DNA from: Pseudomonadota bacterium | Lineage (GTDB): Bacteria; Bdellovibrionota_C; UBA2361; OMII01 | Direction of reading: 5' to 3' | DNA length: 64,000 bases | Assembly (NCBI GenBank): GCA_038134595.1 | Contig: JAYPVM010000002.1 | Span: 32,001 to 96,000, forward strand | In this document: piece by piece, positions 9,829 through 20,214 of the stretch | How positions within the stretch are numbered: position 1 is the stretch's first letter | How the letters are laid out: every line of letters begins with the position of its first letter | The notes under the pieces: generated by a model | Seen by the model: only the letters and a program-made list of their open reading frames with translations | Database searches by the model: none | Told to the model about the DNA's origin: nothing | Program-made: the position numbers and the translations under genes

Positions 9829-11142
9829 CTACGGCGTGGAGAGCAGAGGGGATGGGGAGCCCTTCTGGCCGTTGGAGGGGTCTTCAATTTGGTAAGTCGA
9901 ACGGCAGGAAATGATGTTCTTTTGATGGGCAAGTTCGTGCCATAAGGGGCCTGATTGAGGGGCTTTCCCTGTTTGAACCAAATAGAGACCCTTGCAAACC
10001 AAAAATCGCTCCTGAATCCCTTCTGGCAGTGGCGTGGAGATGGTTTTAGCGACTAATCTCGAAAATTTTTCAATGAGCGAGTCTACTTCATGAAAGTGAT
10101 TCGCTGCCAAGAGGACCTCGATAAGAAGAAGTTCGGCTTCAATGCGGCCTAGGCCTGATTGGCTCTTACATGCCGTTTTAGCCACGCCAATGGCACCTTC
10201 GAAGCGTTGCTGAGGTTGTACGTGTTCATTATTTAGCCACACGGAAACGGCTGACTTCCAGTCTTCATTTCGCTTGGAAATCTTCGCTGCCCGAATATAG
10301 TTCTCGACAGCTACGGTGGTATCTCCTCTTTTCACAGCCCTTGATGCCGACAATAGGAGTGCTGGATAATAGTTGGAGTGGCGTTTTATGAGCTCGCCGA
10401 GAGCCTGATCACGATGCGTCTCGGAGAGTTCTTCATTTATCTGCCTTAATGCAATTGCCGCCCGTGGGTTTTCCTCTTGGGAGTCGCGAAAGCCTAACGA
10501 CTCCAATTTGTCTTGTATCTGCAGTGCTTCCTTATATCCCCTGAGGGCCAGATGGAGTTCTCGAAGGGATATAAGGACGTGTTGAGAGGGATGCTTTTGC
10601 GCAAGGAGTACGAGGTTGTCTTTTGCTCCCACAAGATTTCCCTGTGTTTTATTGAGTTCATAGCCTCTCATGAGTATCCCAATAGTTGCTGCTCCTTGAG
10701 CGCGCGCTGAATCAATGACTCTAAGAGCCTCACTATTGTCTCCCAGCTTTTCAAGACAGCGAGACAATTCTATCCGAGCAAGGGTGTTTGTGGGATCACT
10801 GGCAAGGATATCTTCCCAACGATCTTTTGCTTGCCCCCACTCATGAATTGCCATAAGGCCTACGCCAGAAACAAGGGTCTCGACGAAGTCACAGTGAGTG
10901 CGAACTTGATTGCGGAGTTTTCTCTCGCGAAAATACGCCTTCACTCCCCATAGAAGTGCTATTAGAGAGGTAAAGAGACAGCCTAATGCAAAGATTGCAA
11001 GATATAAGACACCCGCGGTAGCTGTGATCGTGGAGGTTCCTCCAAGGTGTATGGTTGCAGGAGCGGAATTAGTGATCGTGACATACACTGCGACAGCAAC
11101 GATAAGTCCAAGGATGATAAACCGGTTAAATTGTTTGAGCAT
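9829..11142 (-). CDS. LapA(DUF1049)-like N-terminal membrane hairpin fused to TPR repeats (LapB/HemY-like)
   Basis: Two N-terminal TM segments with an 'N..P..I.L' loop, then helical TPR-like repeats; likely start MLKQFNR at 11142. Confidence 0.6.
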   Translation of the reverse strand: MLKQFNRFIILGLIVAVAVYVTITNSAPATIHLGGTSTITATAGVLYLAIFALGCLFTSLIALLWGVKAYFRERKLRNQVRTHCDFVETLVSGVGLMAIHEWGQAKDRWEDILASDPTNTLARIELSRCLEKLGDNSEALRVIDSARAQGAATIGILMRGYELNKTQGNLVGAKDNLVLLAQKHPSQHVLISLRELHLALRGYKEALQIQDKLESLGFRDSQEENPRAAIALRQINEELSETHRDQALGELIKRHSNYYPALLLSASRAVKRGDTTVAVENYIRAAKISKRNEDWKSAVSVWLNNEHVQPQQRFEGAIGVAKTACKSQSGLGRIEAELLLIEVLLAANHFHEVDSLIEKFSRLVAKTISTPLPEGIQERFLVCKGLYLVQTGKAPQSGPLWHELAHQKNIISCRSTYQIEDPSNGQKGSPSPLLSTP

Positions 11143-11506
11143 GTCTAGGTTGTATCTCGAATATCCAATTAATTCTAGTATAAGAGTGGCTCTATGACCG
11201 GAATGTATGGGCCACAGCACTCGCAGCGCTTAAAACGGGATAATGCTTGAAACTCTGTGTGGGTAATCGTCCCCGAATTTTCGTACAGCTCAATTTGACG
11301 TGAGAGGTCTTTGTGTGGTGTGTTTCTCTCTCTAGGGGAGGCTAATGTGATGACCTTGAATAAGGGCGCCAATGTAACTGCCACCACAGCAGTACTAATC
11401 TGTTACAGTTGGAGCCTTAGGGGTTCCGCAATATTGTCCGTCCCGGTGCAGAAGTATTTGAGAGTAGATCCTCTTCCGGAGACCGGCAAAGACGTGGGAT
11501 GCGAAT

Positions 11507-11827
11507 TTAGATGTTAGATGCCGTGGCCTGTTTAGTTTCGTTGTTCGCCGGTGTTTTGCTCACTGAACCAACTCGCTTCACGATAACGGGAGAGTTGATC
11601 AGTAATGTAGTCGTATCAGCAACCCTGTGATATTTGATGTCGAACCCATCTTTGTCAATCACAAAGTACTTTTCGATTACCTTGACCATTTCTTCGCGGA
11701 AACCACCCATCTCTTCATTGGTCAGGCCGGTTCTGTCTTGAACGAGGACAAAATGCAATCTGCTTTTCGCCACGTCGCTACTTTCGTTGTTATTTCCAAA
11801 GAGGATTTTCTTGAGCGCACTTAACAC
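11507..11827 (-). CDS. minE: Cell division topological specificity factor MinE
   Basis: 'SSDVAKSRLHFVLVQDR', 'REEMVKVIEKY'; last gene of minCDE. Confidence 0.93.
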   Translation of the reverse strand: MLSALKKILFGNNNESSDVAKSRLHFVLVQDRTGLTNEEMGGFREEMVKVIEKYFVIDKDGFDIKYHRVADTTTLLINSPVIVKRVGSVSKTPANNETKQATASNI

Positions 11828-11917
11828 TATCTTACTCCCGTCTCAAAATTTTACTACCTATTCATCGACTTTACCCATATTGCAGGGTTCCGTACATATA
11901 CAAAAACTAACCCTGCA

Positions 11918-12748
11918 CTACTGAGCAACCCCTAGACGTCGGGTAAGTCTATTCCACAGCGACCCGCCTGCGAGACTCGGAACCGGAATTTGCTCCCCAC
12001 AAACACGACCCGCGATCCGGTTAAATGCCTGCCCAGCCTTTGATTTATGATTGTACGCTACAGGTTCGCCGCAGTTGGCAGCCACGATAATCTGTTCGTC
12101 TCGCTCCACAACTCCCAGAACGTCGATACCGAGGATATCCTGGACGTCTCGAACTGAGAGCATGTCTCCCTTTCTGACCATCTCAAAGTCGATTCGATTG
12201 ATTATCAATCGCCCCTCGATTCCCTTCGATGATAGTAGTCCAACAACACGGTCAGCATCTCTTATCGCCGAAACTTCTGGAGTCGTGACAACGATAGCTG
12301 AATCCGCTCCGGCGCAAGCGTTGCGGAACCCTTGTTCGATACCTGCGGGAGAGTCTATCAGGATGTAATGAAACTCTCGCTTATATTGCTCGAGAACGTA
12401 GCGCACCTCAGCTTCATCGATAACGTCCTTGTCGTCGGTTTGTGAAGCAGGAAGGAGGTATAGGTTGTTTGATTTCTTTGACTTAATAATTGCCTGCGAT
12501 GGTTTGCAGATTTTTTTCGCAACATCAACAATATTAAATACGATTCGGTTTTCAAGGCCGAGGATTACGTCGAGATTTCTCAGGCCTATATCCGCATCGA
12601 TCACCAGTACCCGTTGACCACGTAAGGCCAAGGCCGCTCCAAGGCTTGCTGTTGTCGTGGTTTTGCCCACACCCCCTTTGCCCGAGGTTACAACGATTGC
12701 TTCCCCCAGCTCTTTTTTGCCGCTAGCACCCAGATTCTTACTATTCAT
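11918..12748 (-). CDS. minD: Septum site-determining ATPase MinD
   Basis: Deviant Walker A 'SGKGGVGKTT', 'DIGLRNLD', 'DSPAGIE', 'SAIRDADR', and a C-terminal amphipathic helix. Confidence 0.97.
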   Translation of the reverse strand: MNSKNLGASGKKELGEAIVVTSGKGGVGKTTTTASLGAALALRGQRVLVIDADIGLRNLDVILGLENRIVFNIVDVAKKICKPSQAIIKSKKSNNLYLLPASQTDDKDVIDEAEVRYVLEQYKREFHYILIDSPAGIEQGFRNACAGADSAIVVTTPEVSAIRDADRVVGLLSSKGIEGRLIINRIDFEMVRKGDMLSVRDVQDILGIDVLGVVERDEQIIVAANCGEPVAYNHKSKAGQAFNRIAGRVCGEQIPVPSLAGGSLWNRLTRRLGVAQ

Positions 12749-12751
12749 TGA

Positions 12752-13678
12752 TTACTCCCTTCTACGTACCCAAACAGTTCGTGATTGATACGGCTCGACG
12801 ATAATCATATTGCCGTCTACCCGCGCCACTTCTGGAAGCCCTCCTTTGGGAGTGCTCTCCGCCTCATCGCTACCCGAGCCTCGAGATATTATCAGACCGA
12901 TGCGCAGTTGGGTCGGTCGTAAATTGAGGCTAAATATTACGCGACCACCACCACTTTCGTCGTAGGCGCCTGCATGTGCGATTCCGCGTAGTGTCCCAAG
13001 AATCACAATATCTCCTCCGGCGATTACCTCGGCTCCCGAATTAACGTCACCGAATATTACAACAGAGTGCTCTGTTTCAACTTTTTGACCCGATCGTAAC
13101 GTTCCGTACATAATGCGGGTGTCAGGATCATCCCAGGAGTTTGCATTGGTAAATCCTTGCCGATTCTCCATTGTATCAATGCCGTCGAACAAGCTGACAC
13201 TGCGCTCGCTTGAGGGCTTTCTAAACGGCGTCGTCTTGCCGCCGCCGAATACGGAGAATGCCCCTCCACATTGATCGGCTTCTGTTGCGTTTTCAACGGG
13301 CTTTGTCGGAGGAGGATTCTTTTGTTTCGAAGGGCGAACGGACACCGAGAATTCGTCCGCTAAAACCGCAACGAGCTCTGATGTCACGCTATCTTCGGGC
13401 TTGGAGCCTATCCATTCAAAGGCGACATCGTTACCTGAGAGAAACGATCTGCGCGAATCGAGGAAACCTCGGACGGCGTGTATTAGATCGGTCCGCTCAA
13501 CGCGACCGTCTACTCTGAGAACAAGACCATCGGAGGTGCCTCTGGCGCTAACGATGTTAGACCTAAGTTCAGCACGATGTTCGACTGGCTGTTCCTCTCG
13601 CGGATCTAGTGTGGTGTGGGATATGTCCCCTGAAAGCTCAGTTTGATTTGATTGATCTTCGTTTGAACTGCCTGTCAT
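12752..13678 (-). CDS. minC: Septum site-determining protein MinC
   Basis: C-terminal beta-helix 'TLRSGQ..GDVNSGAEVIAGGDIVILGTLRGIAHAG'; upstream of minD. Confidence 0.93.
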   Translation of the reverse strand: MTGSSNEDQSNQTELSGDISHTTLDPREEQPVEHRAELRSNIVSARGTSDGLVLRVDGRVERTDLIHAVRGFLDSRRSFLSGNDVAFEWIGSKPEDSVTSELVAVLADEFSVSVRPSKQKNPPPTKPVENATEADQCGGAFSVFGGGKTTPFRKPSSERSVSLFDGIDTMENRQGFTNANSWDDPDTRIMYGTLRSGQKVETEHSVVIFGDVNSGAEVIAGGDIVILGTLRGIAHAGAYDESGGGRVIFSLNLRPTQLRIGLIISRGSGSDEAESTPKGGLPEVARVDGNMIIVEPYQSRTVWVRRRE

Positions 13679-14563
13679 TGTGTTTTTCTTGTTAAATTAA
13701 TCCGTGCTTTTTATTGAAGTCTTAAAAAGTTGTAAATCATAAGCCCAGCCATTGTAGAATTACCCAGCAAGAAACTCCAGCATTAATGCACATAGTTTTC
13801 ATATTTATTGTGCCTGTCTAGTTGGTCTCGTAATTTGTCATCACAGAAAAACTACAAGTGCAAAATTCACAACCCCTGCGCCAGATGACGTTGCCGATAT
13901 GTTCTCTTTGAGTCTATCTCCCGTTTAATATGTTCTCGATGCGACACCACAACTTTCTTTGCGACTGAAGTGTCAATCTAATTTGTTGTGGTGCTCTAGT
14001 AGTTAGGCAATTTCTTGTTTGCACATCCTCCTGTGTCTGTCGGTCATGACCCTCACATTCCATCGATTGTCATCCGTTCTAACGTGTCCTGCCCTGACAT
14101 TCTCCGATTATTGGCCAACCTTCACGCCTCCCAAGCTTTACACAAGATGCCTTTTAGCCACTTTACGGTTGGACAATAAAGGTTCGCCCAGTTAGTTTAA
14201 GTAGCTTATAGCAAAACAGCAATCTGATCGTCAACAAACAAGTTTTGAAAATGACGTTCTCTGAGAAGAAAATTGTAGGTAATGAAAACTTCTGGTAGTG
14301 ATGGGCTAGCGGACGATAGCTTAACGGCTCTGATAGTACAGCGTGTTTTTTGGCTAGCGGTTTATGGTGAGAAGTTAGCACGATAGATATGCCGATAATA
14401 CGTTGTTGCTCAGAGAGAGAGGAAGGTAGAGTTAATTCGCATGTAAATCCTTAATGACTCCTATGAAAGGGGTTTTTCCCCGTTGGGGCTGGGGTATGGA
14501 CGGATTTTGAGCTGTGGCAAACGGGGCGAGAATATAAAAAGAAGAGAGGGGAGAGGAAGAGAG

Positions 14564-15049
14564 ATGATGATGACTTTAATGCGGGCCCTAAGTCGCTGGG
14601 TTTGCAGTGGTTTTGGTAGTGGATATGCGTCTGTTATTCCCGGGACATTTGGAACCGTTGCCGCATTACTATTCTGGATGATGCTTCATAGCTGGGGGGG
14701 GCTCGAGGAGGTCTCCATGCGTGTGTGGTTGGCTGTCGGCACCTGTTTTATCGGAACGCTTCTTGTATTCCTGGCTCTTGAGCCGCGAGAGACACAGAAA
14801 GACCCACAGTGGATAGTGATTGATGAGTGGGCTGGTTTGTTTATCACTATGGTTGCAATTGAAAGTGTTACGTGGTGGTCGTTAATTGTAGCTTTTGGTT
14901 TGTTTCGATTTTTTGATGGGCTGAAGTGGGGACCGGTTGCTCTGGCCGAGCGTTTGCCGGGGGGTGTTGGTATTATGGCAGATGATATCGTCGCTGGCCT
15001 TGAGAGTGTGATTGTTCTGTGGTTGTTATATTTTGTTGGTTTGCTGTAG
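14564..15049 (+). CDS. pgpA: Phosphatidylglycerophosphatase A
   Basis: 'GFGSG..PGTFGT', 'DPQWIVIDEWAG', 'FRFFDGLK', 'GIMADDIVAG'; likely ATG at 14564 after a purine-rich SD. Confidence 0.93.
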   Translation: MMMTLMRALSRWVCSGFGSGYASVIPGTFGTVAALLFWMMLHSWGGLEEVSMRVWLAVGTCFIGTLLVFLALEPRETQKDPQWIVIDEWAGLFITMVAIESVTWWSLIVAFGLFRFFDGLKWGPVALAERLPGGVGIMADDIVAGLESVIVLWLLYFVGLL

Positions 15050-15086
15050 GCACGGCGTAAGAGCCAACGAGATAGAAAGGACAGGT

Positions 15087-16172
15087 GTGCGATTATCTAG
15101 CTTATATATACTTTTAATTCTAACGGTATCGGTTTTTCTCGTTGGTTGCTCGCCCACCTACGTGATTCGAGCCGCGTATGAGCAAGGTAAAATTTTATTG
15201 GCACGTGATTCGATTCAGGACATTGTTCGCGAAGAGAAGGTAGATCCCAAGTTGAAAGAAAAGCTGCAACTTGCTTTGGATGCACGGGAGTTTGCAACAT
15301 CTATGGGGTTGCAGGTTGGCGGAGCCTTCCTAGATTACGTCGACGTTGAAAAAGACGTTCTTACGTGGGTCGTGGTTGGTGCCCGAAAAGATTCATTCGA
15401 GCTCTACACGTACTGGTTCCCAATTGTAGGCCGAGTTCCCTATAAAGGCTTTTTTGAACGAGACGACGCACAGGCTGAGAAGTCTTATCTAGAGGATAGG
15501 GGATATGAGACATTTATAAGGGGCGCTGAGACTTTTAGTACTTTAGGGTGGTTTGATGATCCCCTGTTTTCAACCACTATTAAAAGGACGCCAATTCATA
15601 TTGTAAACACAATTATCCATGAAAGCGTACATAGCACTCTTTGGATAAAGGGGAGTGTTTCTTTCAATGAGAGTCTTGCAAACTTTGTGGCGACTGAAGC
15701 GACGGTAGGATTCTTTCAAAAATACTCCGGGAGTATTTTGTCATCGGAGTTAGGGCAACGGTTAGAGGAGCAAGCGAAGCGTTCGGCGGTTTATCAGTAT
15801 GAGTTTGCCTCTATGATAGGCGAGCTCTACACCAAGCTGTCAGATCTGTATGCCCTGAGAGAGCTCACGCTTGAGCAAAAGCTAGCCCAACGCAACGCGG
15901 TTTTTAGTGCGATTGTGCCGCGATTTAGGGAACAGTATCCTTTTATGACAGCGCTTGCCGAGATAAATAACGCCGAGATAGTTCAATATGCTCTCTATGT
16001 GAAAGATCTTGAACTCTTTAGGAAATTATACGATCGTTGTGGTCGCTCTTGGGAGAATTTCTTTGATACAATCAACAAATTATCTGTTTCTTTAGATGAT
16101 GGCGAGACGAAAGATCCATTCCACTTGTTACGCCAAGTGGTGGAATCATCACAGTGTGATGTAAATACTTAA
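15087..16172 (+). CDS. Predicted zinc aminopeptidase (DUF2265-like) lipoprotein
   Basis: Lipobox LVG-C, 'YWFPIVGRVPYKGFF', 'FSTLGWFDDP', 'HESVH..FNESLA' HExxH+E; likely GTG start at 15087. Confidence 0.85.
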   Translation: MRLSSLYILLILTVSVFLVGCSPTYVIRAAYEQGKILLARDSIQDIVREEKVDPKLKEKLQLALDAREFATSMGLQVGGAFLDYVDVEKDVLTWVVVGARKDSFELYTYWFPIVGRVPYKGFFERDDAQAEKSYLEDRGYETFIRGAETFSTLGWFDDPLFSTTIKRTPIHIVNTIIHESVHSTLWIKGSVSFNESLANFVATEATVGFFQKYSGSILSSELGQRLEEQAKRSAVYQYEFASMIGELYTKLSDLYALRELTLEQKLAQRNAVFSAIVPRFREQYPFMTALAEINNAEIVQYALYVKDLELFRKLYDRCGRSWENFFDTINKLSVSLDDGETKDPFHLLRQVVESSQCDVNT

Positions 16173-16191
16173 TAGAGGGAGTGTAAGAGAG

Positions 16192-17118
16192 ATGATTTTT
16201 GCCGACCGGTTACAGGAGAAGATAATAAAAAACAGAAGTTTTCTCGTGGCGGGTTGCGATCCTGTCATTGATGCAATGCCTGAATGGCTTCATCAGCAGG
16301 TAGCCCACAACTCGTTAAGTGATAAAGAGTATGTATCGAATGCGCTTGAATTGTTTGTTGATTGTTTCCTTTCGGCTGTAGACAACTCCGTCGCCGCGAT
16401 TAAGCCCAACAGCGCGTTTTTTGAGCAGTATGGCCTCGAGGGTATGCGGGTTTTTGAATCGTTGTGTCGTCGGGCTCATGAGAAGGGGATTCAAGTCATA
16501 GCAGATGCCAAGAGGGGAGATATAGGCTCTACGGCAACTGCTTACAGTAACGCATTTCTTGGAGGATCGTCAGTGCGGGGGAAAAGTGTAGAGGCATTTT
16601 ATTGCGATGCTCTGACTGTGAACCCGTTTTTAGGGTTCGATACCCTTCTGCCCTTTGTTACAGCGTGTCAAGAGCACGGAAAGGGGCTTTTTATCTTGGT
16701 TCAAACATCTAATCCGGGGGCCAAAACGATTCAGGGGCTTGTTGAGGAAGACCTCTCGGTAAGCGAACGTGTTGCTGGTTGGATTAGAGAGCAGGGGGAT
16801 ACGCTGCGGGGTGATTGTGGATGGTCTGGATTAGGAGCTGTTGTGGGTGCACTGTATCCGACCGAGGCTCGACGACTACGAGAGTTGATGCCAGAGACTT
16901 TCTTTCTAATACCTGGGCTTGGAGCGCAAGGAGGAAAGGCTGCTGACTCTGTTGCTGGATTTGGTACTCAAGATGGTAGGTGTGGGGGGGGACTCATTAA
17001 TGCATCACGAGGATTGTTGCAGGGTGAGAGCTCGTCCCCAGAGAGCTATTGCGCGCTGATTGCGTCGAATGTGAAGCAATTTAATGGCCAGATAGAGGAT
17101 GCTCTTTGCCTTGCATAA
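16192..17118 (+). CDS. pyrF: Orotidine-5'-phosphate decarboxylase
   Basis: 'AIKPNSAFFE', 'DAKRGDIGST', 'TVNPFLG', 'TSNPG', 'LIPGLGAQGG', 'NASRG'. Confidence 0.95.
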   Translation: MIFADRLQEKIIKNRSFLVAGCDPVIDAMPEWLHQQVAHNSLSDKEYVSNALELFVDCFLSAVDNSVAAIKPNSAFFEQYGLEGMRVFESLCRRAHEKGIQVIADAKRGDIGSTATAYSNAFLGGSSVRGKSVEAFYCDALTVNPFLGFDTLLPFVTACQEHGKGLFILVQTSNPGAKTIQGLVEEDLSVSERVAGWIREQGDTLRGDCGWSGLGAVVGALYPTEARRLRELMPETFFLIPGLGAQGGKAADSVAGFGTQDGRCGGGLINASRGLLQGESSSPESYCALIASNVKQFNGQIEDALCLA

Positions 17119-17185
17119 TTGCTATTCTGTCGGTTGCCTGGCTTGGGAGAGCGAGGTGTCCCATCTTGTTTGACAAGATGGCAGT

Positions 17186-17230
17186 GGTCTAGCACAGTAG
17201 GGGGTCTAGCACAGTAGGGTTTAGCACAGT
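17186..17230 (+). repeat. Imperfect tandem repeat, 3 copies of TAGCACAGT
   Basis: TAGCACAGT starts at 17190, 17207 and 17222 (periods 17 and 15). Confidence 0.85.
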
Positions 17231-17405
17231 GAAACCTCAGCGTTTCCTGAGGAATCCTTGTTGACCGTATCGCACTGACCGCAGAACTAACTCGGGACGT
17301 TTTTATTTCGTCTGAGGTGTTGGGGCTCATGTTGGATGACCTCTCGTATTGAAACTATTTTTGCCAATATCGAGCCGCACTGAAAAACTTTTAAAGAAGA
17401 CTGAA

Positions 17406-19460
17406 ATGAAAGCGAACAAAGAAAGCACACCGTCGACTAGTCCGCCGATAGACCCAAAAAATCGTGTTGTTCAGTATGACCACGATGGCGCTGTCTTGCT
17501 CGGAGTAGTTACGGGAGTTCGTAAAGATAAGTGTAAGCTTATAAATATTAGAGGAAGAGAGACTGAGCTTGCTCAGCAGAGATTGCATTTTCTCCCAGGA
17601 GCACTTGCGGTCGATGATGACACCTTAAAAACTAAAGTGGCAGGGCTAGAAGAGCTTAACATCTTGATAGAAAACCGTGCAAAATCGATCGATGTTGAGG
17701 AACTATGGATATTTGTCCGAGATGATTTGCGAGAATACTGTGTTGGCGATCTGTGTGAGTTGTATTTTGGTGCGGATGGATTGGTTGATCATGCAGCGCT
17801 TCGGATAGCATTTATCGCTGATCGAGTGCATTTTAAGCGCTCTAAAAGTGGTTTTGAGCCGCGCTCTGAAACTACTGTGGCCGAACTAAAGCAGGCTGAA
17901 GAGGCTAAGGCGGTCCGTGCAGAGCAGCAAAGGGAAGTGATTTCGTTTATGGAAGCTCGCCTTCGAGATTCTAGTCTCGAACCTCCTGTATCGGTTTGTA
18001 GTCTTATCGGTGTGCTAAAAGAGATTGCCGCTGAGTCATTACATATAGAGCCTGCTCAGCTACGGGAAGCAAAAGAGTTTTTGAAAAACCTAGCAGAGCG
18101 CCTGAAATTAGGAGATATATCTGCTCCCGAAAAGTGTGCGTATGAAGTCTTAAGGAGCACTCAACTGATTGGTGAGCATTTTAATCTCTCATTTGTAAGG
18201 CATCACATCAATGAAAGGTTTCCCGATGAGATTAATGTTTTAGCACGGGAGATAACCCTTCAGCCTGACGAGGGGGCGTTTCGAATTGACTATACAGCAG
18301 CGGAGGTTTTTACCATCGATGACTCCTCTACTCGTGATATGGATGACGCATTGTCGCTAGAACGCATCGATGATGGTTTTGAATTGGGGATTCATATAAC
18401 GGATGTTTCAGCTGCGTTTGATTTTGGCAGCGAGCTTGATAATGCAGCTCGGCATAGGGCGACATCAATATACTGCGCAGATCGCGTTGTGAATATGCTA
18501 CCTGACATCTTATCTGAAGACAGATTGAGTCTTATAGCTGGGGAGACCCGTCCGTGCCTGTCGGTTTTTATCACGTTATCCGAGGACTTGCAGTTGTTAT
18601 CGAGTCGAGTCCAAGCGACGCGCGTGAAAGTAACCACTCGCTATAGCTATGACCAGGTAGATGATTTGCTGGAGCATGGCGATAAGACATTCCTAAGGCT
18701 TTATGAGGTGGCGTCGATTCATGAAGCAAGACGACTTGCTCGGGGGGCGGTGAAGGTTCACAAGCGAGAGGTTGTTCCTCACTATAAAGACTCCAGAGTT
18801 ACGTTGCAGGAGGTAAACGAAGAAAGTCCAGCCCGAAGTCTCGTTGCGGAAATGATGGTTTTGGCCAATAGTGTATTCGCACAGTATGCAATCGATAACC
18901 AGATACCAGTATGGTTTAGGGGGCAAGAGCCGCCCGCCGCTGTGTCCTCAAGCGTCGCTAGTCTTCCTGAGGGTCCCGCAAAGGATTTTCAAGCGAGAAC
19001 CTCCCTTAAGAAGTCCAGTGTATCTTTAGAGCCGCGACCACATGCAGGATTAGGACTACCTTGTTACATTCAATGTACCTCGCCAATTCGTCGTTACATG
19101 GATCTGTGCCATCAGCGCCAGTTCGTTTCATTTCTTCGAGATGGCAAGGCAGCCATGGACAGCGAGACCTTTTTGAAATTAGCTAATGAGGTTGAAGGTC
19201 CTCTTAGAGCGGCCTCTCTGGCAAGTCGAGAGACAAAGCGGTATTGGTTGTTGACCTATTTGGCTCAGCGTGATCGCGAACTGCCGATTCGAGCAACAGT
19301 TGTAAGAACAGATCTAAAATCTCCGCTGGTTGAGTTAGATGAGGTTTTTATCACGGTTCTGGTGAAACTCGGAAAAGGTTATCAGCCAGGAATGGAGGCG
19401 GAGTTAAGGATATGCAGCGTTGATCCTCGAGCTGACTATATCAGATTGCAAGAAATGTAA
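17406..19460 (+). CDS. Ribonuclease II/R family (RNB domain) exoribonuclease
   Basis: Catalytic 'TIDDSSTRDMDDALS', 'HITDV', 'LVAEMMVLAN', 'HAGLGL..Y..TSPIRRYMDL'; likely ATG at 17406. Confidence 0.92.
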   Translation: MKANKESTPSTSPPIDPKNRVVQYDHDGAVLLGVVTGVRKDKCKLINIRGRETELAQQRLHFLPGALAVDDDTLKTKVAGLEELNILIENRAKSIDVEELWIFVRDDLREYCVGDLCELYFGADGLVDHAALRIAFIADRVHFKRSKSGFEPRSETTVAELKQAEEAKAVRAEQQREVISFMEARLRDSSLEPPVSVCSLIGVLKEIAAESLHIEPAQLREAKEFLKNLAERLKLGDISAPEKCAYEVLRSTQLIGEHFNLSFVRHHINERFPDEINVLAREITLQPDEGAFRIDYTAAEVFTIDDSSTRDMDDALSLERIDDGFELGIHITDVSAAFDFGSELDNAARHRATSIYCADRVVNMLPDILSEDRLSLIAGETRPCLSVFITLSEDLQLLSSRVQATRVKVTTRYSYDQVDDLLEHGDKTFLRLYEVASIHEARRLARGAVKVHKREVVPHYKDSRVTLQEVNEESPARSLVAEMMVLANSVFAQYAIDNQIPVWFRGQEPPAAVSSSVASLPEGPAKDFQARTSLKKSSVSLEPRPHAGLGLPCYIQCTSPIRRYMDLCHQRQFVSFLRDGKAAMDSETFLKLANEVEGPLRAASLASRETKRYWLLTYLAQRDRELPIRATVVRTDLKSPLVELDEVFITVLVKLGKGYQPGMEAELRICSVDPRADYIRLQEM

Positions 19461-19494
19461 CGGTAGCGGCTTGGTGTAGCACGCTGATATAGCG

Positions 19495-20031
19495 CTATAA
19501 TGCGTTAACAATGTCTTTAAGTGCGAGAATCTGAGCGGCGGAGTAGCCACTGTTAGAGGACCAAACAATTATTCCTGAGCGGTCGAGCAAAACAGCGTAG
19601 GCATTACGGGGGCGTTCGTTTCCTAAAACGCTAATAATTTTTTCAGCGTCTTCGTAAACAGTGACAACCGATCCCCAGTCGGAGCTAGGAATGCCGCTGC
19701 GCATGCCATTGTTGATATAACTTTGAATAACGCGAGGCATCATTCCGACGATAGTTGGTACTTCAACGATCTGCGTTTTGATACCAGCTTGGAGTGCTCC
19801 CAAAATCCAACGATCGATATCAAACTGCGCATTTTGTTTGTACCCGATAAGTAATAGCGTTGGCTTGCCCTGATATTGATCGGGAATCGTAACTACTTCG
19901 TCTTTAAGGTTAGTGCCATGCACGTGGGGAAATGGAGTATTCTCCAAGTCAGTGGGACCCACAACGGTTCTGGAGCAGGCTATCAAGGACAGGAGAGCTA
20001 GGGTAATGAGGCCGAGCCGGTAGTGTTTCAT
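19495..20031 (-). CDS. Hypothetical lipoprotein, thioredoxin-like fold without CxxC
   Basis: Lipobox LIA-C; 'FP.V.G.NL....TIPDQYQGKPTLLLIGY' and 'AVLLDRSGIIVW' resemble redoxin scaffolds; likely start at 20031. Confidence 0.65.
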   Translation of the reverse strand: MKHYRLGLITLALLSLIACSRTVVGPTDLENTPFPHVHGTNLKDEVVTIPDQYQGKPTLLLIGYKQNAQFDIDRWILGALQAGIKTQIVEVPTIVGMMPRVIQSYINNGMRSGIPSSDWGSVVTVYEDAEKIISVLGNERPRNAYAVLLDRSGIIVWSSNSGYSAAQILALKDIVNAL

Positions 20032-20117
20032 AGTGATTGAAGTATGAAACAATATCATCATGAATGGCAAGGGGCAGAGCTATATACCAGTTTTAGTCTC
20101 TGATCTCTGCGATGTTC

Positions 20118-20148
20118 TTGCTCGGGCCACTGTTAGTGCCCCGAGCAA
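20118..20148 (-). terminator. GC-rich hairpin downstream of the small 20215..20406 gene
   Basis: TTGCTCGGG...CCCGAGCAA 9-bp inverted repeat; no clear U-tract. Confidence 0.35.
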
Positions 20149-20214
20149 CAGGTATGGTTATCAGATATAGGTTGTCGGTAGAACTACGATCTTATTCGAC
20201 CGCTGACCTGACCC

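Noticed and set aside
11175..11387. 70-aa ORF with 'CECCG' between minE and the TPR gene
   Set aside because: No SD, an in-frame stop just upstream, and no recognisable domain; cannot be supported.
14370..14400. sigma28 promoter (GCCGATAA) upstream of pgpA
   Set aside because: The -35 element is weak and mis-spaced, and the downstream genes are not motility-related.
17186..17230. CIRCE element or mini-CRISPR
   Set aside because: TAGCAC occurs as direct rather than inverted repeats, the units are too short with no spacers, and no cas genes are present.
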